From Hydrurus foetidus (taxonomy: Eukaryota): a stretch of 36,249 nt of DNA. How positions within the stretch are numbered: position 1 is the first letter of the stretch; each line of letters starts with the position of its first letter. Position numbers and translations under genes: made by a program. Shown piece after piece: positions 9,923-22,800 of this stretch. Location: positions 1 to 36,249 of the forward strand of contig UYFQ01000500.1 in the NCBI GenBank assembly GCA_900617105.1, written 5' to 3'. Below the pieces are notes generated by a model. That model was not told the DNA's origin. It saw only the letters and a program-made list of their open reading frames with translations, and did no database searches.

Positions 9923-10893
9923 ATAAGTGTATTTTTCCGCTTACGATTTCGAGTTTCGAGAAACCGGTGACAGTTAGAGTGCTGACGACAACTCGGAATG
10001 ACGACAAATTGTGGAAGTTGAATGTTGAATGTTGAACGTTGAATTTGAGTGTGCTGTGCTGTGCGTAAACGTTAGGAGAGTGGGTATCGGAGTTATCGGT
10101 AGGCTGGGTTCAGAAAACAAAATGAAAAATAAAAAATGTATCATTCAAGTTTTCATGTTTTCATGATCACAGCGGGCTGATGGAGTTTATCCGAAGGCCC
10201 GATGATACCTTAATTATCAAATTATGCAGCAATGTTTGTGAGATTTTCATAACAATCTTTCAGTTTTGTCTTTACCTACATGCACGTGTGATTTCGACCC
10301 GTGCTGATAAGAACGTAAAATGTTACCGGATTTCAACACTGACTGATTAATTTGGTGTCAGCGAAAACATGTTTGTGAAAGTGCATTAGATCGACCAATC
10401 GGTCATTGAAATAAATTAAGACGGGCTCGAAAATAAACTGCACGGCTGCTATCTGCAAACCAGGTATATTTTCAAAGCCAATTTTTGCCGTCACCTATTA
10501 GACAAGAAATAAAATGACATGTCATAACGTGACATGATGGAGCTCGACTACTGAGTAATAAAAAGATCGGCTAGATACGTCATTGAGCGCTGTAAAATTT
10601 TCCAAATGTCATGAAACCATTTAAAATATAATTATGAGTATGTACTGGGACCGTTCGTATCCCTTTTTCCTAGGCTACTGGGCATGCGTAGATGTGCAAT
10701 ACATCCCAAACGTCATTTGCTCTTTTTCTTTACTCATCAGGTCGGCTAGTAAGAGATTTAATAGATCGATAGAATCGCGGGTGAATGCATCGCCCACGGA
10801 TGTTTATCCCTGCGCCTGAAATGCGCACAGTTGATTTAGTGGAACGCCTGAAGCACAGTCGTCAAATCAAGACACTATACGCGACATCAAGGA

Positions 10894-13800
10894 TTAGAAA
10901 AAGAATGCCTGACTTTTTTTAGGGCTTATCCTGGCCATATGCTCTTGCTCTGCTTTGGCAACTGATGCCTCGTAGCGATCTCGCACGATATCTTCCATTT
11001 CCTTCTTTCTTGCATCCTCCTTCTCGGAGTCTTTTTTACGACTGGCACGAATAGCAGCTCCACGACTAACCAATTCACGACGAAGTATTGCTTTTTCGTT
11101 GAAACTAATTTCAGCAGCATTGCTAGCTAATTTACGACGAAACTCAACGGCATCTCTGTCCTTGGCTCTCTTAGCTTTGGCAAGTCGCTCATCGACCCTC
11201 CTGTCACCCAGCGCGATCTCTCCTTTCAGGATCATGTGCTGCTTCCTCTCGTCGGCGTCGGCCTTATCCTTCGCTGCCTTCGCAGCGGCTGACTCATAGC
11301 GGTAGTGCAGTATGTCCTTGTCCTCGTCCTGACGCGACTTCTCGAGAAGCTGATCCATCTTCTTGTTCTGCTGTGCAATCAACGCATCGCTCGCCAGTAT
11401 CTGGTTCTGGGTCATACCGTCGGCCTTGTCCTTGGCAGCCTTCGCCAACGCAGCTTCCCGACGGAAGTTCACGATGTCTCTGTCTTCCTCCAGCCTCTTC
11501 ATGCCGAGCATTTGATCTATTTTTCTGCTATTCTGAGCATCTTTAGCATCCAAGAAGCTTTCTTCTCTCCTCACTACCTTTGCGTACGCTGCTTTGCGCG
11601 CTGCGTCGAGAGCAAGATCGCGACGGAAGTTCACTATGTCTCGCTGCTCGTCCTGCCTCTCATGATCAAGCATCTGATCGATCTTCCTGTCGCCAGCCGC
11701 GATCTCACCGCTGTTGATCATTTGCTGCCTGAGAGCTTCCCTGGCCTCCTTGTCTTTCTCCGTTTTGTGCAATGCGAGCTGGTGGCGGAAGTTCAACACA
11801 TCTCTCTCCTCATCCTGTCTGGCCTTCTCCGCTTGTTGATCGACCTTTCTGCCCCCCTTGGCAGCGTCTCCATCAGCGATCAAGCTCTGCTGTTCCCTGA
11901 GCTTGTCCTCTTTGTCTTTCTCTGCCTTGCGCAGAGCCATCTCGCGACGGAAGTTCACCACGTCTCTTTCCTCCTCCAGTCTCGTCTTTGCCGACTGCTC
12001 GTCGATCTTCCTGTCGCTCTGGGCGATCTCTCCTTTCAGGATCATGTGCTGTTTCCTCTCGTCGGCGTCGGCCTTATCCTTCGCTGCCTTCGCAGCGGCT
12101 GACTCATAGCGGTAGTGCAGTATGTCCTTGTCCTCGTCCTGACGCGACTTCTCGAGAAGCTGATCCATCTTCTTGTTCTGCTGTGCGATCAACGCATCGC
12201 TCGCCAGTATCTGGTTCTGGGTCATACCGTCGGCCTTGTCCTTGGCAGCCTTCGCCAACGCAGCTTCCCGACGGAAGTTCACGATGTCTCTGTCTTCCTC
12301 CAGCCTCTTCATGCCGAGCAGCTGGTCGATCTTCCTGTCTCCGCGAGCTGCCTCGCTGCGACTCATCATGTCCTCGCGGTCGATGGCCTTGTCGTTCGCT
12401 GCTTTGCGCGCTGCGTCGAGAGCAAGATCGCGACGGAAGTTCACTATGTCTCGCTGCTCGTCCTGCCTCTCATGATCAAGCATCTGATCGATCTTCCTGT
12501 CGCCAGCCGCGATCTCACCGCTGTTGATCATTTGCTGCCTGAGAGCTTCCCTGGCCTCCTTGTCCTTCTCCGTTTTGTGCAATGCGAGCTGGTGGCGGAA
12601 GTTCAACACATCTCTCTCCTCATCCTGTCTGGCCTTCTCCGCTTGTTGATCGACCTTTCTGCCCCCCTTGGCAGCGTCTCCATCAGCGATCAAGCTCTGC
12701 TGTTCCCTGAGCTTGTCCTCTTTGTCTTTCTCTGCCTTGCGCAGAGCCATCTCGCGACGGAAGTTCACCACGTCTCTTTCCTCCTCCAGTCTCGTCTTTG
12801 CCGACTGCTCGTCGATCTTCCTGTCGCTCTGGGCGATCTCTCCTTTCAGGATCATGTGCTGCTTCCTCTCGTCGGCGTCGGCCTTATCCTTCGCTGCCTT
12901 CGCAGCGGCTGACTCATAGCGGTAGTGCAGTATGTCCTTGTCCTCGTCCTGACGCGACTTCTCTAGAAGCTGATCCATCTTCTTGTTCTGCTGTGCGATC
13001 AACGCATCGCTCGCCAGTATCTGGTTCTGGGTCATACCGTCGGCCTTGTCCTTGGCAGCCTTCGCCAACGCAGCTTCCCGACGGAAGTTCACGATGTCTC
13101 TGTCTTCCTCCAGCCTCTTCATGCCGAGCAGCTGGTCGATCTTCCTGTCTCCGCGAGCTGCCTCGCTGCGACTCATCATGTCCTCGCGGTCGATGGCCTT
13201 GTCGTTCGCTGCTTTGCGCGCTGCGTCGAGAGCAAGATCGCGACGGAAGTTCACTATGTCTCGCTGCTCGTCCTGCCTCTCATGATCAAGCATCTGATCG
13301 ATCTTCCTGTCGCCAGCCGCGATCTCACCGCTGTTGATCATTTGCTGCCTGAGAGCTTCCCTGGCCTCCTTGTCCTTCTCCGCTTTGTGCAATGCGAGCT
13401 GGTGGCGGAAGTTCAACACATCTCTCTCCTCATCCTGTCTGGCCTTCTCCGCTTGTTGATCGACCTTTCTGCCCCCCTTGGCAGCGTCTCCATCAGCGAT
13501 CAAGCTCTGCTGTTCCCTGAGCTTGTCCTCTTTGTCTTTCTCTGCCTTGCGCAGAGCCATCTCGCGACGGAAGTTCACCACGTCTCTTTCCTCCTCCAGT
13601 CTCGTCTTTGCCGACTGCTCGTCGATCTTCCTGTCGCTCTGGGCGATCTCTCCTTTCAGGATCATGTGCTGCTTCCTCTCGTCGGCGTCGGCCTTATCCT
13701 TCGCTGCCTTCGCAGCGGCTGACTCATAGCGGTAGTGCAGTATGTCCTTGTCCTCGTCCTGACGCGACTTCTCGAGAAGCTGATCCATCTTCTTGTTCTG

Positions 13801-16800
13801 CTGTGCAATCAACGCATCGCTCGCCAGTATCTGGTTCTGGGTCATACCGTCGGCCTTGTCCTTGGCAGCCTTCGCCAACGCAGCTTCCCGACGGAAGTTC
13901 ACGATGTCTCTGTCTTCCTCCAGCCTCTTCATGCCGAGCAGCTGGTCGATCTTCCTGTCTCCGCGAGCTGCCTCGCTGCGACTCATCATGTCCTCGCGGT
14001 CGATGGCCTTGTCGTTCGCTGCTTTGCGCGCTGCGTCGAGAGCAAGATCGCGACGGAAGTTCACTATGTCTCGCTGCTCGTCCTGCCTCTCATGATCAAG
14101 CATCTGATCGATCTTCCTGTCGCCAGCCGCGATCTCACCGCTGTTGATCATTTGCTGCCTGAGAGCTTCCCTGGCCTCCTTGTCCTTCTCCGCTTTGTGC
14201 AATGCGAGCTGGTGGCGGAAGTTCAACACATCTCTCTCCTCATCCTGTCTGGCCTTCTCCGCTTGTTGATCGACCTTTCTGCCCCCCTTGGCAGCGTCTC
14301 CATCAGCGATCAAGCTCTGCTGTTCCCTGAGCTTGTCCTCTTTGTCTTTCTCTGCCTTGCGCAGAGCCATCTCGCGACGGAAGTTCACCACGTCTCTTTC
14401 CTCCTCCAGTCTCGTCTTTGCCGACTGCTCGTCGATCTTCCTGTCGCTCTGGGCGATCTCTCCTTTCAGGATCATGTGCTGCTTCCTCTCGTCGGCGTCG
14501 GCCTTATCCTTCGCTGCCTTCGCAGCGGCTGACTCATAGCGGTAGTGCAGTATGTCCTTGTCCTCGTCCTGACGCGACTTCTCGAGAAGCTGATCCATCT
14601 TCTTGTTCTGCTGTGCGATCAACGCATCGCTCGCCAGTATCTGGTTCTGGGTCATACCGTCGGCCTTGTCCTTGGCAGCCTTCGCCAACGCAGCTTCCCG
14701 ACGGAAGTTCACGATGTCTCTGTCTTCCTCCAGCCTCTTCATGCCGAGCAGCTGGTCGATCTTCCTGTCTCCGCGAGCTGCCTCGCTGCGACTCATCATG
14801 TCCTCGCGGTCGATGGCCTTGTCGTTCGCTGCTTTGCGCGCTGCGTCGAGAGCAAGATCGCGACGGAAGTTCACTATGTCTCGCTGCTCGTCCTGCCTCT
14901 CATGATCAAGCATCTGATCGATCTTCCTGTCGCCAGCCGCGATCTCACCGCTGTTGATCATTTGCTGCCTGAGAGCTTCCCTGGCCTCCTTGTCCTTCTC
15001 CGCTTTGTGCAATGCGAGCTGGTGGCGGAAGTTCAACACATCTCTCTCCTCATCCTGTCTGGCCTTCTCCGCTTGTTGATCGACCTTTCTGCCCCCCTTG
15101 GCAGCGTCTCCATCAGCGATCAAGCTCTGCTGTTCCCTGAGCTTGTCCTCTTTGTCTTTCTCTGCCTTGCGCAGAGCCATCTCGCGACGGAAGTTCACCA
15201 CGTCTCTTTCCTCCTCCAGTCTCGTCTTTGCCGACTGCTCGTCGATCTTCCTGTCGCTCTGGGCGATCTCTCCTTTCAGGATCATGTGCTGCTTCCTCTC
15301 GTCGGCGTCGGCCTTATCCTTCGCTGCCTTCGCAGCGGCTGACTCATAGCGGTAGTGCAGTATGTCCTTGTCCTCGTCCTGACGCGACTTCTCGAGAAGC
15401 TGATCCATCTTCTTGTTCTGCTGTGCGATCAACGCATCGCTCGCCAGTATCTGGTTCTGGGTCATACCGTCGGCCTTGTCCTTGGCAGCCTTCGCCAACG
15501 CAGCTTCCCGACGGAAGTTCACGATGTCTCTGTCTTCCTCCAGCCTCTTCATGCCGAGCAGCTGGTCGATCTTCCTGTCTCCGCGAGCTGCCTCGCTGCG
15601 ACTCATCATGTCCTCGCGGTCGATGGCCTTGTCGTTCGCTGCTTTGCGCGCTGCGTCGAGAGCAAGATCGCGACGGAAGTTCACTATGTCTCGCTGCTCG
15701 TCCTGCCTCTCATGATCAAGCATCTGATCGATCTTCCTGTCGCCAGCCGCGATCTCACCGCTGTTGATCATTTGCTGCCTGAGAGCTTCCCTGGCCTCCT
15801 TGTCCTTCTCCGCTTTGTGCAATGCGAGCTGGTGGCGGAAGTTCAACACATCTCTCTCCTCATCCTGTCTGGCCTTCTCCGCTTGTTGATCGACCTTTCT
15901 GCCCCCCTTGGCAGCGTCTCCATCAGCGATCAAGCTCTGCTGTTCCCTGAGCTTGTCCTCTTTGTCTTTCTCTGCCTTGCGCAGAGCCATCTCGCGACGG
16001 AAGTTCACCACGTCTCTTTCCTCCTCCAGTCTCGTCTTTGCCGACTGCTCGTCGATCTTCCTGTCGCTCTGGGCGATCTCTCCTTTCAGGATCATGTGCT
16101 GCTTCCTCTCGTCGGCGTCGGCCTTATCCTTCGCTGCCTTCGCAGCGGCTGACTCATAGCGGTAGTGCAGTATGTCCTTGTCCTCGTCCTGACGCGACTT
16201 CTCGAGAAGCTGATCCATCTTCTTGTTCTGCTGTGCGATCAACGCATCGCTCGCCAGTATCTGGTTCTGGGTCATACCGTCGGCCTTGTCCTTGGCAGCC
16301 TTCGCCAACGCAGCTTCCCGACGGAAGTTCACGATGTCTCTGTCTTCCTCCAGCCTCTTCATGCCGAGCAGCTGGTCGATCTTCCTGTCTCCGCGAGCTG
16401 CCTCGCTGCGACTCATCATGTCCTCGCGGTCGATGGCCTTGTCGTTCGCTGCTTTGCGCGCTGCGTCGAGAGCAAGATCGCGACGGAAGTTCACTATGTC
16501 TCGCTGCTCGTCCTGCCTCTCATGATCAAGCATCTGATCGATCTTCCTGTCGCCAGCCGCGATCTCACCGCTGTTGATCATTTGCTGCCTGAGAGCTTCC
16601 CTGGCCTCCTTGTCCTTCTCCGCTTTGTGCAATGCGAGCTGGTGGCGGAAGTTCAACACATCTCTCTCCTCATCCTGTCTGGCCTTCTCCGCTTGTTGAT
16701 CGACCTTTCTGCCCCCCTTGGCAGCGTCTCCATCAGCGATCAAGCTCTGCTGTTCCCTGAGCTTGTCCTCTTTGTCTTTCTCTGCCTTGCGCAGAGCCAT

Positions 16801-19800
16801 CTCGCGACGGAAGTTCACCACGTCTCTTTCCTCCTCCAGTCTCGTCTTTGCCGACTGCTCGTCGATCTTCCTGTCGCTCTGGGCGATCTCTCCTTTCAGG
16901 ATCATGTGCTGCTTCCTCTCGTCGGCGTCGGCCTTATCCTTCGCTGCCTTCGCAGCGGCTGACTCATAGCGGTAGTGCAGTATGTCCTTGTCCTCGTCCT
17001 GACGCGACTTCTCGAGAAGCTGATCCATCTTCTTGTTCTGCTGTGCGATCAACGCATCGCTCGCCAGTATCTGGTTCTGGGTCATACCGTCGGCCTTGTC
17101 CTTGGCAGCCTTCGCCAACGCAGCTTCCCGACGGAAGTTCACGATGTCTCTGTCTTCCTCCAGCCTCTTCATGCCGAGCAGCTGGTCGATCTTCCTGTCT
17201 CCGCGAGCTGCCTCGCTGCGACTCATCATGTCCTCGCGGTCGATGGCCTTGTCGTTCGCTGCTTTGCGCGCTGCGTCGAGAGCAAGATCGCGACGGAAGT
17301 TCACTATGTCTCGCTGCTCGTCCTGCCTCTCATGATCAAGCATCTGATCGATCTTCCTGTCGCCAGCCGCGATCTCACCGCTGTTGATCATTTGCTGCCT
17401 GAGAGCTTCCCTGGCCTCCTTGTCCTTCTCCGCTTTGTGCAATGCGAGCTGGTGGCGGAAGTTCAACACATCTCTCTCCTCATCCTGTCTGGCCTTCTCC
17501 GCTTGTTGATCGACCTTTCTGCCCCCCTTGGCAGCGTCTCCATCAGCGATCAAGCTCTGCTGTTCCCTGAGCTTGTCCTCTTTGTCTTTCTCTGCCTTGC
17601 GCAGAGCCATCTCGCGACGGAAGTTCACCACGTCTCTTTCCTCCTCCAGTCTCGTCTTTGCCGACTGCTCGTCGATCTTCCTGTCGCTCTGGGCGATCTC
17701 TCCTTTCAGGATCATGTGCTGCTTCCTCTCGTCGGCGTCGGCCTTATCCTTCGCTGCCTTCGCAGCGGCTGACTCATAGCGGTAGTGCAGTATGTCCTTG
17801 TCCTCGTCCTGACGCGACTTCTCGAGAAGCTGATCCATCTTCTTGTTCTGCTGTGCGATCAACGCATCGCTCGCCAGTATCTGGTTCTGGGTCATACCGT
17901 CGGCCTTGTCCTTGGCAGCCTTCGCCAACGCAGCTTCCCGACGGAAGTTCACGATGTCTCTGTCTTCCTCCAGCCTCTTCATGCCGAGCAGCTGGTCGAT
18001 CTTCCTGTCTCCGCGAGCTGCCTCGCTGCGACTCATCATGTCCTCGCGGTCGATGGCCTTGTCGTTCGCTGCTTTGCGCGCTGCGTCGAGAGCAAGATCG
18101 CGACGGAAGTTCACTATGTCTCGCTGCTCGTCCTGCCTCTCATGATCAAGCATCTGATCGATCTTCCTGTCGCCAGCCGCGATCTCACCGCTGTTGATCA
18201 TTTGCTGCCTGAGAGCTTCCCTGGCCTCCTTGTCCTTCTCCGCTTTGTGCAATGCGAGCTGGTGGCGGAAGTTCAACACATCTCTCTCCTCATCCTGTCT
18301 GGCCTTCTCCGCTTGTTGATCGACCTTTCTGCCCCCCTTGGCAGCGTCTCCATCAGCGATCAAGCTCTGCTGTTCCCTGAGCTTGTCCTCTTTGTCTTTC
18401 TCTGCCTTGCGCAGAGCCATCTCGCGACGGAAGTTCACCACGTCTCTTTCCTCCTCCAGTCTCGTCTTTGCCGACTGCTCGTCGATCTTCCTGTCGCTCT
18501 GGGCGATCTCTCCTTTCAGGATCATGTGCTGCTTCCTCTCGTCGGCGTCGGCCTTATCCTTCGCTGCCTTCGCAGCGGCTGACTCATAGCGGTAGTGCAG
18601 TATGTCCTTGTCCTCGTCCTGACGCGACTTCTCGAGAAGCTGATCCATCTTCTTGTTCTGCTGTGCGATCAACGCATCGCTCGCCAGTATCTGGTTCTGG
18701 GTCATACCGTCGGCCTTGTCCTTGGCAGCCTTCGCCAACGCAGCTTCCCGACGGAAGTTCACGATGTCTCTGTCTTCCTCCAGCCTCTTCATGCCGAGCA
18801 GCTGGTCGATCTTCCTGTCTCCGCGAGCTGCCTCGCTGCGACTCATCATGTCCTCGCGGTCGATGGCCTTGTCGTTCGCTGCTTTGCGCGCTGCGTCGAG
18901 AGCAAGATCGCGACGGAAGTTCACTATGTCTCGCTGCTCGTCCTGCCTCTCATGATCAAGCATCTGATCGATCTTCCTGTCGCCAGCCGCGATCTCACCG
19001 CTGTTGATCATTTGCTGCCTGAGAGCTTCCCTGGCCTCCTTGTCCTTCTCCGCTTTGTGCAATGCGAGCTGGTGGCGGAAGTTCAACACATCTCTCTCCT
19101 CATCCTGTCTGGCCTTCTCCGCTTGTTGATCGACCTTTCTGCCCCCCTTGGCAGCGTCTCCATCAGCGATCAAGCTCTGCTGTTCCCTGAGCTTGTCCTC
19201 TTTGTCTTTCTCTGCCTTGCGCAGAGCCATCTCGCGACGGAAGTTCACCACGTCTCTTTCCTCCTCCAGTCTCGTCTTTGCCGACTGCTCGTCGATCTTC
19301 CTGTCGCTCTGGGCGATCTCTCCTTTCAGGATCATGTGCTGCTTCCTCTCGTCGGCGTCGGCCTTATCCTTCGCTGCCTTCGCAGCGGCTGACTCATAGC
19401 GGTAGTGCAGTATGTCCTTGTCCTCGTCCTGACGCGACTTCTCGAGAAGCTGATCCATCTTCTTGTTCTGCTGTGCGATCAACGCATCGCTCGCCAGTAT
19501 CTGGTTCTGGGTCATACCGTCGGCCTTGTCCTTGGCAGCCTTCGCCAACGCAGCTTCCCGACGGAAGTTCACGATGTCTCTGTCTTCCTCCAGCCTCTTC
19601 ATGCCGAGCAGCTGGTCGATCTTCCTGTCTCCGCGAGCTGCCTCGCTGCGACTCATCATGTCCTCGCGGTCGATGGCCTTGTCGTTCGCTGCTTTGCGCG
19701 CTGCGTCGAGAGCAAGATCGCGACGGAAGTTCACTATGTCTCGCTGCTCGTCCTGCCTCTCATGATCAAGCATCTGATCGATCTTCCTGTCGCCAGCCGC

Positions 19801-22800
19801 GATCTCACCGCTGTTGATCATTTGCTGCCTGAGAGCTTCCCTGGCCTCCTTGTCCTTCTCCGCTTTGTGCAATGCGAGCTGGTGGCGGAAGTTCAACACA
19901 TCTCTCTCCTCATCCTGTCTGGCCTTCTCCGCTTGTTGATCGACCTTTCTGCCCCCCTTGGCAGCGTCTCCATCAGCGATCAAGCTCTGCTGTTCCCTGA
20001 GCTTGTCCTCTTTGTCTTTCTCTGCCTTGCGCAGAGCCATCTCGCGACGGAAGTTCACCACGTCTCTTTCCTCCTCCAGTCTCGTCTTTGCCGACTGCTC
20101 GTCGATCTTCCTGTCGCTCTGGGCGATCTCTCCTTTCAGGATCATGTGCTGCTTCCTCTCGTCGGCGTCGGCCTTATCCTTCGCTGCCTTCGCAGCGGCT
20201 GACTCATAGCGGTAGTGCAGTATGTCCTTGTCCTCGTCCTGACGCGACTTCTCGAGAAGCTGATCCATCTTCTTGTTCTGCTGTGCGATCAACGCATCGC
20301 TCGCCAGTATCTGGTTCTGGGTCATACCGTCGGCCTTGTCCTTGGCAGCCTTCGCCAACGCAGCTTCCCGACGGAAGTTCACGATGTCTCTGTCTTCCTC
20401 CAGCCTCTTCATGCCGAGCAGCTGGTCGATCTTCCTGTCTCCGCGAGCTGCCTCGCTGCGACTCATCATGTCCTCGCGGTCGATGGCCTTGTCGTTCGCT
20501 GCTTTGCGCGCTGCGTCGAGAGCAAGATCGCGACGGAAGTTCACTATGTCTCGCTGCTCGTCCTGCCTCTCATGATCAAGCATCTGATCGATCTTCCTGT
20601 CGCCAGCCGCGATCTCACCGCTGTTGATCATTTGCTGCCTGAGAGCTTCCCTGGCCTCCTTGTCCTTCTCCGCTTTGTGCAATGCGAGCTGGTGGCGGAA
20701 GTTCAACACATCTCTCTCCTCATCCTGTCTGGCCTTCTCCGCTTGTTGATCGACCTTTCTGCCCCCCTTGGCAGCGTCTCCATCAGCGATCAAGCTCTGC
20801 TGTTCCCTGAGCTTGTCCTCTTTGTCTTTCTCTGCCTTGCGCAGAGCCATCTCGCGACGGAAGTTCACCACGTCTCTTTCCTCCTCCAGTCTCGTCTTTG
20901 CCGACTGCTCGTCGATCTTCCTGTCGCTCTGGGCGATCTCTCCTTTCAGGATCATGTGCTGCTTCCTCTCGTCGGCGTCGGCCTTATCCTTCGCTGCCTT
21001 CGCAGCGGCTGACTCATAGCGGTAGTGCAGTATGTCCTTGTCCTCGTCCTGACGCGACTTCTCGAGAAGCTGATCCATCTTCTTGTTCTGCTGTGCGATC
21101 AACGCATCGCTCGCCAGTATCTGGTTCTGGGTCATACCGTCGGCCTTGTCCTTGGCAGCCTTCGCCAACGCAGCTTCCCGACGGAAGTTCACGATGTCTC
21201 TGTCTTCCTCCAGCCTCTTCATGCCGAGCAGCTGGTCGATCTTCCTGTCTCCGCGAGCTGCCTCGCTGCGACTCATCATGTCCTCGCGGTCGATGGCCTT
21301 GTCGTTCGCTGCTTTGCGCGCTGCGTCGAGAGCAAGATCGCGACGGAAGTTCACTATGTCTCGCTGCTCGTCCTGCCTCTCATGATCAAGCATCTGATCG
21401 ATCTTCCTGTCGCCAGCCGCGATCTCACCGCTGTTGATCATTTGCTGCCTGAGAGCTTCCCTGGCCTCCTTGTCCTTCTCCGCTTTGTGCAATGCGAGCT
21501 GGTGGCGGAAGTTCAACACATCTCTCTCCTCATCCTGTCTGGCCTTCTCCGCTTGTTGATCGACCTTTCTGCCCCCCTTGGCAGCGTCTCCATCAGCGAT
21601 CAAGCTCTGCTGTTCCCTGAGCTTGTCCTCTTTGTCTTTCTCTGCCTTGCGCAGAGCCATCTCGCGACGGAAGTTCACCACGTCTCTTTCCTCCTCCAGT
21701 CTCGTCTTTGCCGACTGCTCGTCGATCTTCCTGTCGCTCTGGGCGATCTCTCCTTTCAGGATCATGTGCTGCTTCCTCTCGTCGGCGTCGGCCTTATCCT
21801 TCGCTGCCTTCGCAGCGGCTGACTCATAGCGGTAGTGCAGTATGTCCTTGTCCTCGTCCTGACGCGACTTCTCGAGAAGCTGATCCATCTTCTTGTTCTG
21901 CTGTGCGATCAACGCATCGCTCGCCAGTATCTGGTTCTGGGTCATACCGTCGGCCTTGTCCTTGGCAGCCTTCGCCAACGCAGCTTCCCGACGGAAGTTC
22001 ACGATGTCTCTGTCTTCCTCCAGCCTCTTCATGCCGAGCAGCTGGTCGATCTTCCTGTCTCCGCGAGCTGCCTCGCTGCGACTCATCATGTCCTCGCGGT
22101 CGATGGCCTTGTCGTTCGCTGCTTTGCGCGCTGCGTCGAGAGCAAGATCGCGACGGAAGTTCACTATGTCTCGCTGCTCGTCCTGCCTCTCATGATCAAG
22201 CATCTGATCGATCTTCCTGTCGCCAGCCGCGATCTCACCGCTGTTGATCATTTGCTGCCTGAGAGCTTCCCTGGCCTCCTTGTCCTTCTCCGCTTTGTGC
22301 AATGCGAGCTGGTGGCGGAAGTTCAACACATCTCTCTCCTCATCCTGTCTGGCCTTCTCCGCTTGTTGATCGACCTTTCTGCCCCCCTTGGCAGCGTCTC
22401 CATCAGCGATCAAGCTCTGCTGTTCCCTGAGCTTGTCCTCTTTGTCTTTCTCTGCCTTGCGCAGAGCCATCTCGCGACGGAAGTTCACCACGTCTCTTTC
22501 CTCCTCCAGTCTCGTCTTTGCCGACTGCTCGTCGATCTTCCTGTCGCTCTGGGCGATCTCTCCTTTCAGGATCATGTGCTGCTTCCTCTCGTCGGCGTCG
22601 GCCTTATCCTTCGCTGCCTTCGCAGCGGCTGACTCATAGCGGTAGTGCAGTATGTCCTTGTCCTCGTCCTGACGCGACTTCTCGAGAAGCTGATCCATCT
22701 TCTTGTTCTGCTGTGCGATCAACGCATCGCTCGCCAGTATCTGGTTCTGGGTCATACCGTCGGCCTTGTCCTTGGCAGCCTTCGCCAACGCAGCTTCCCG

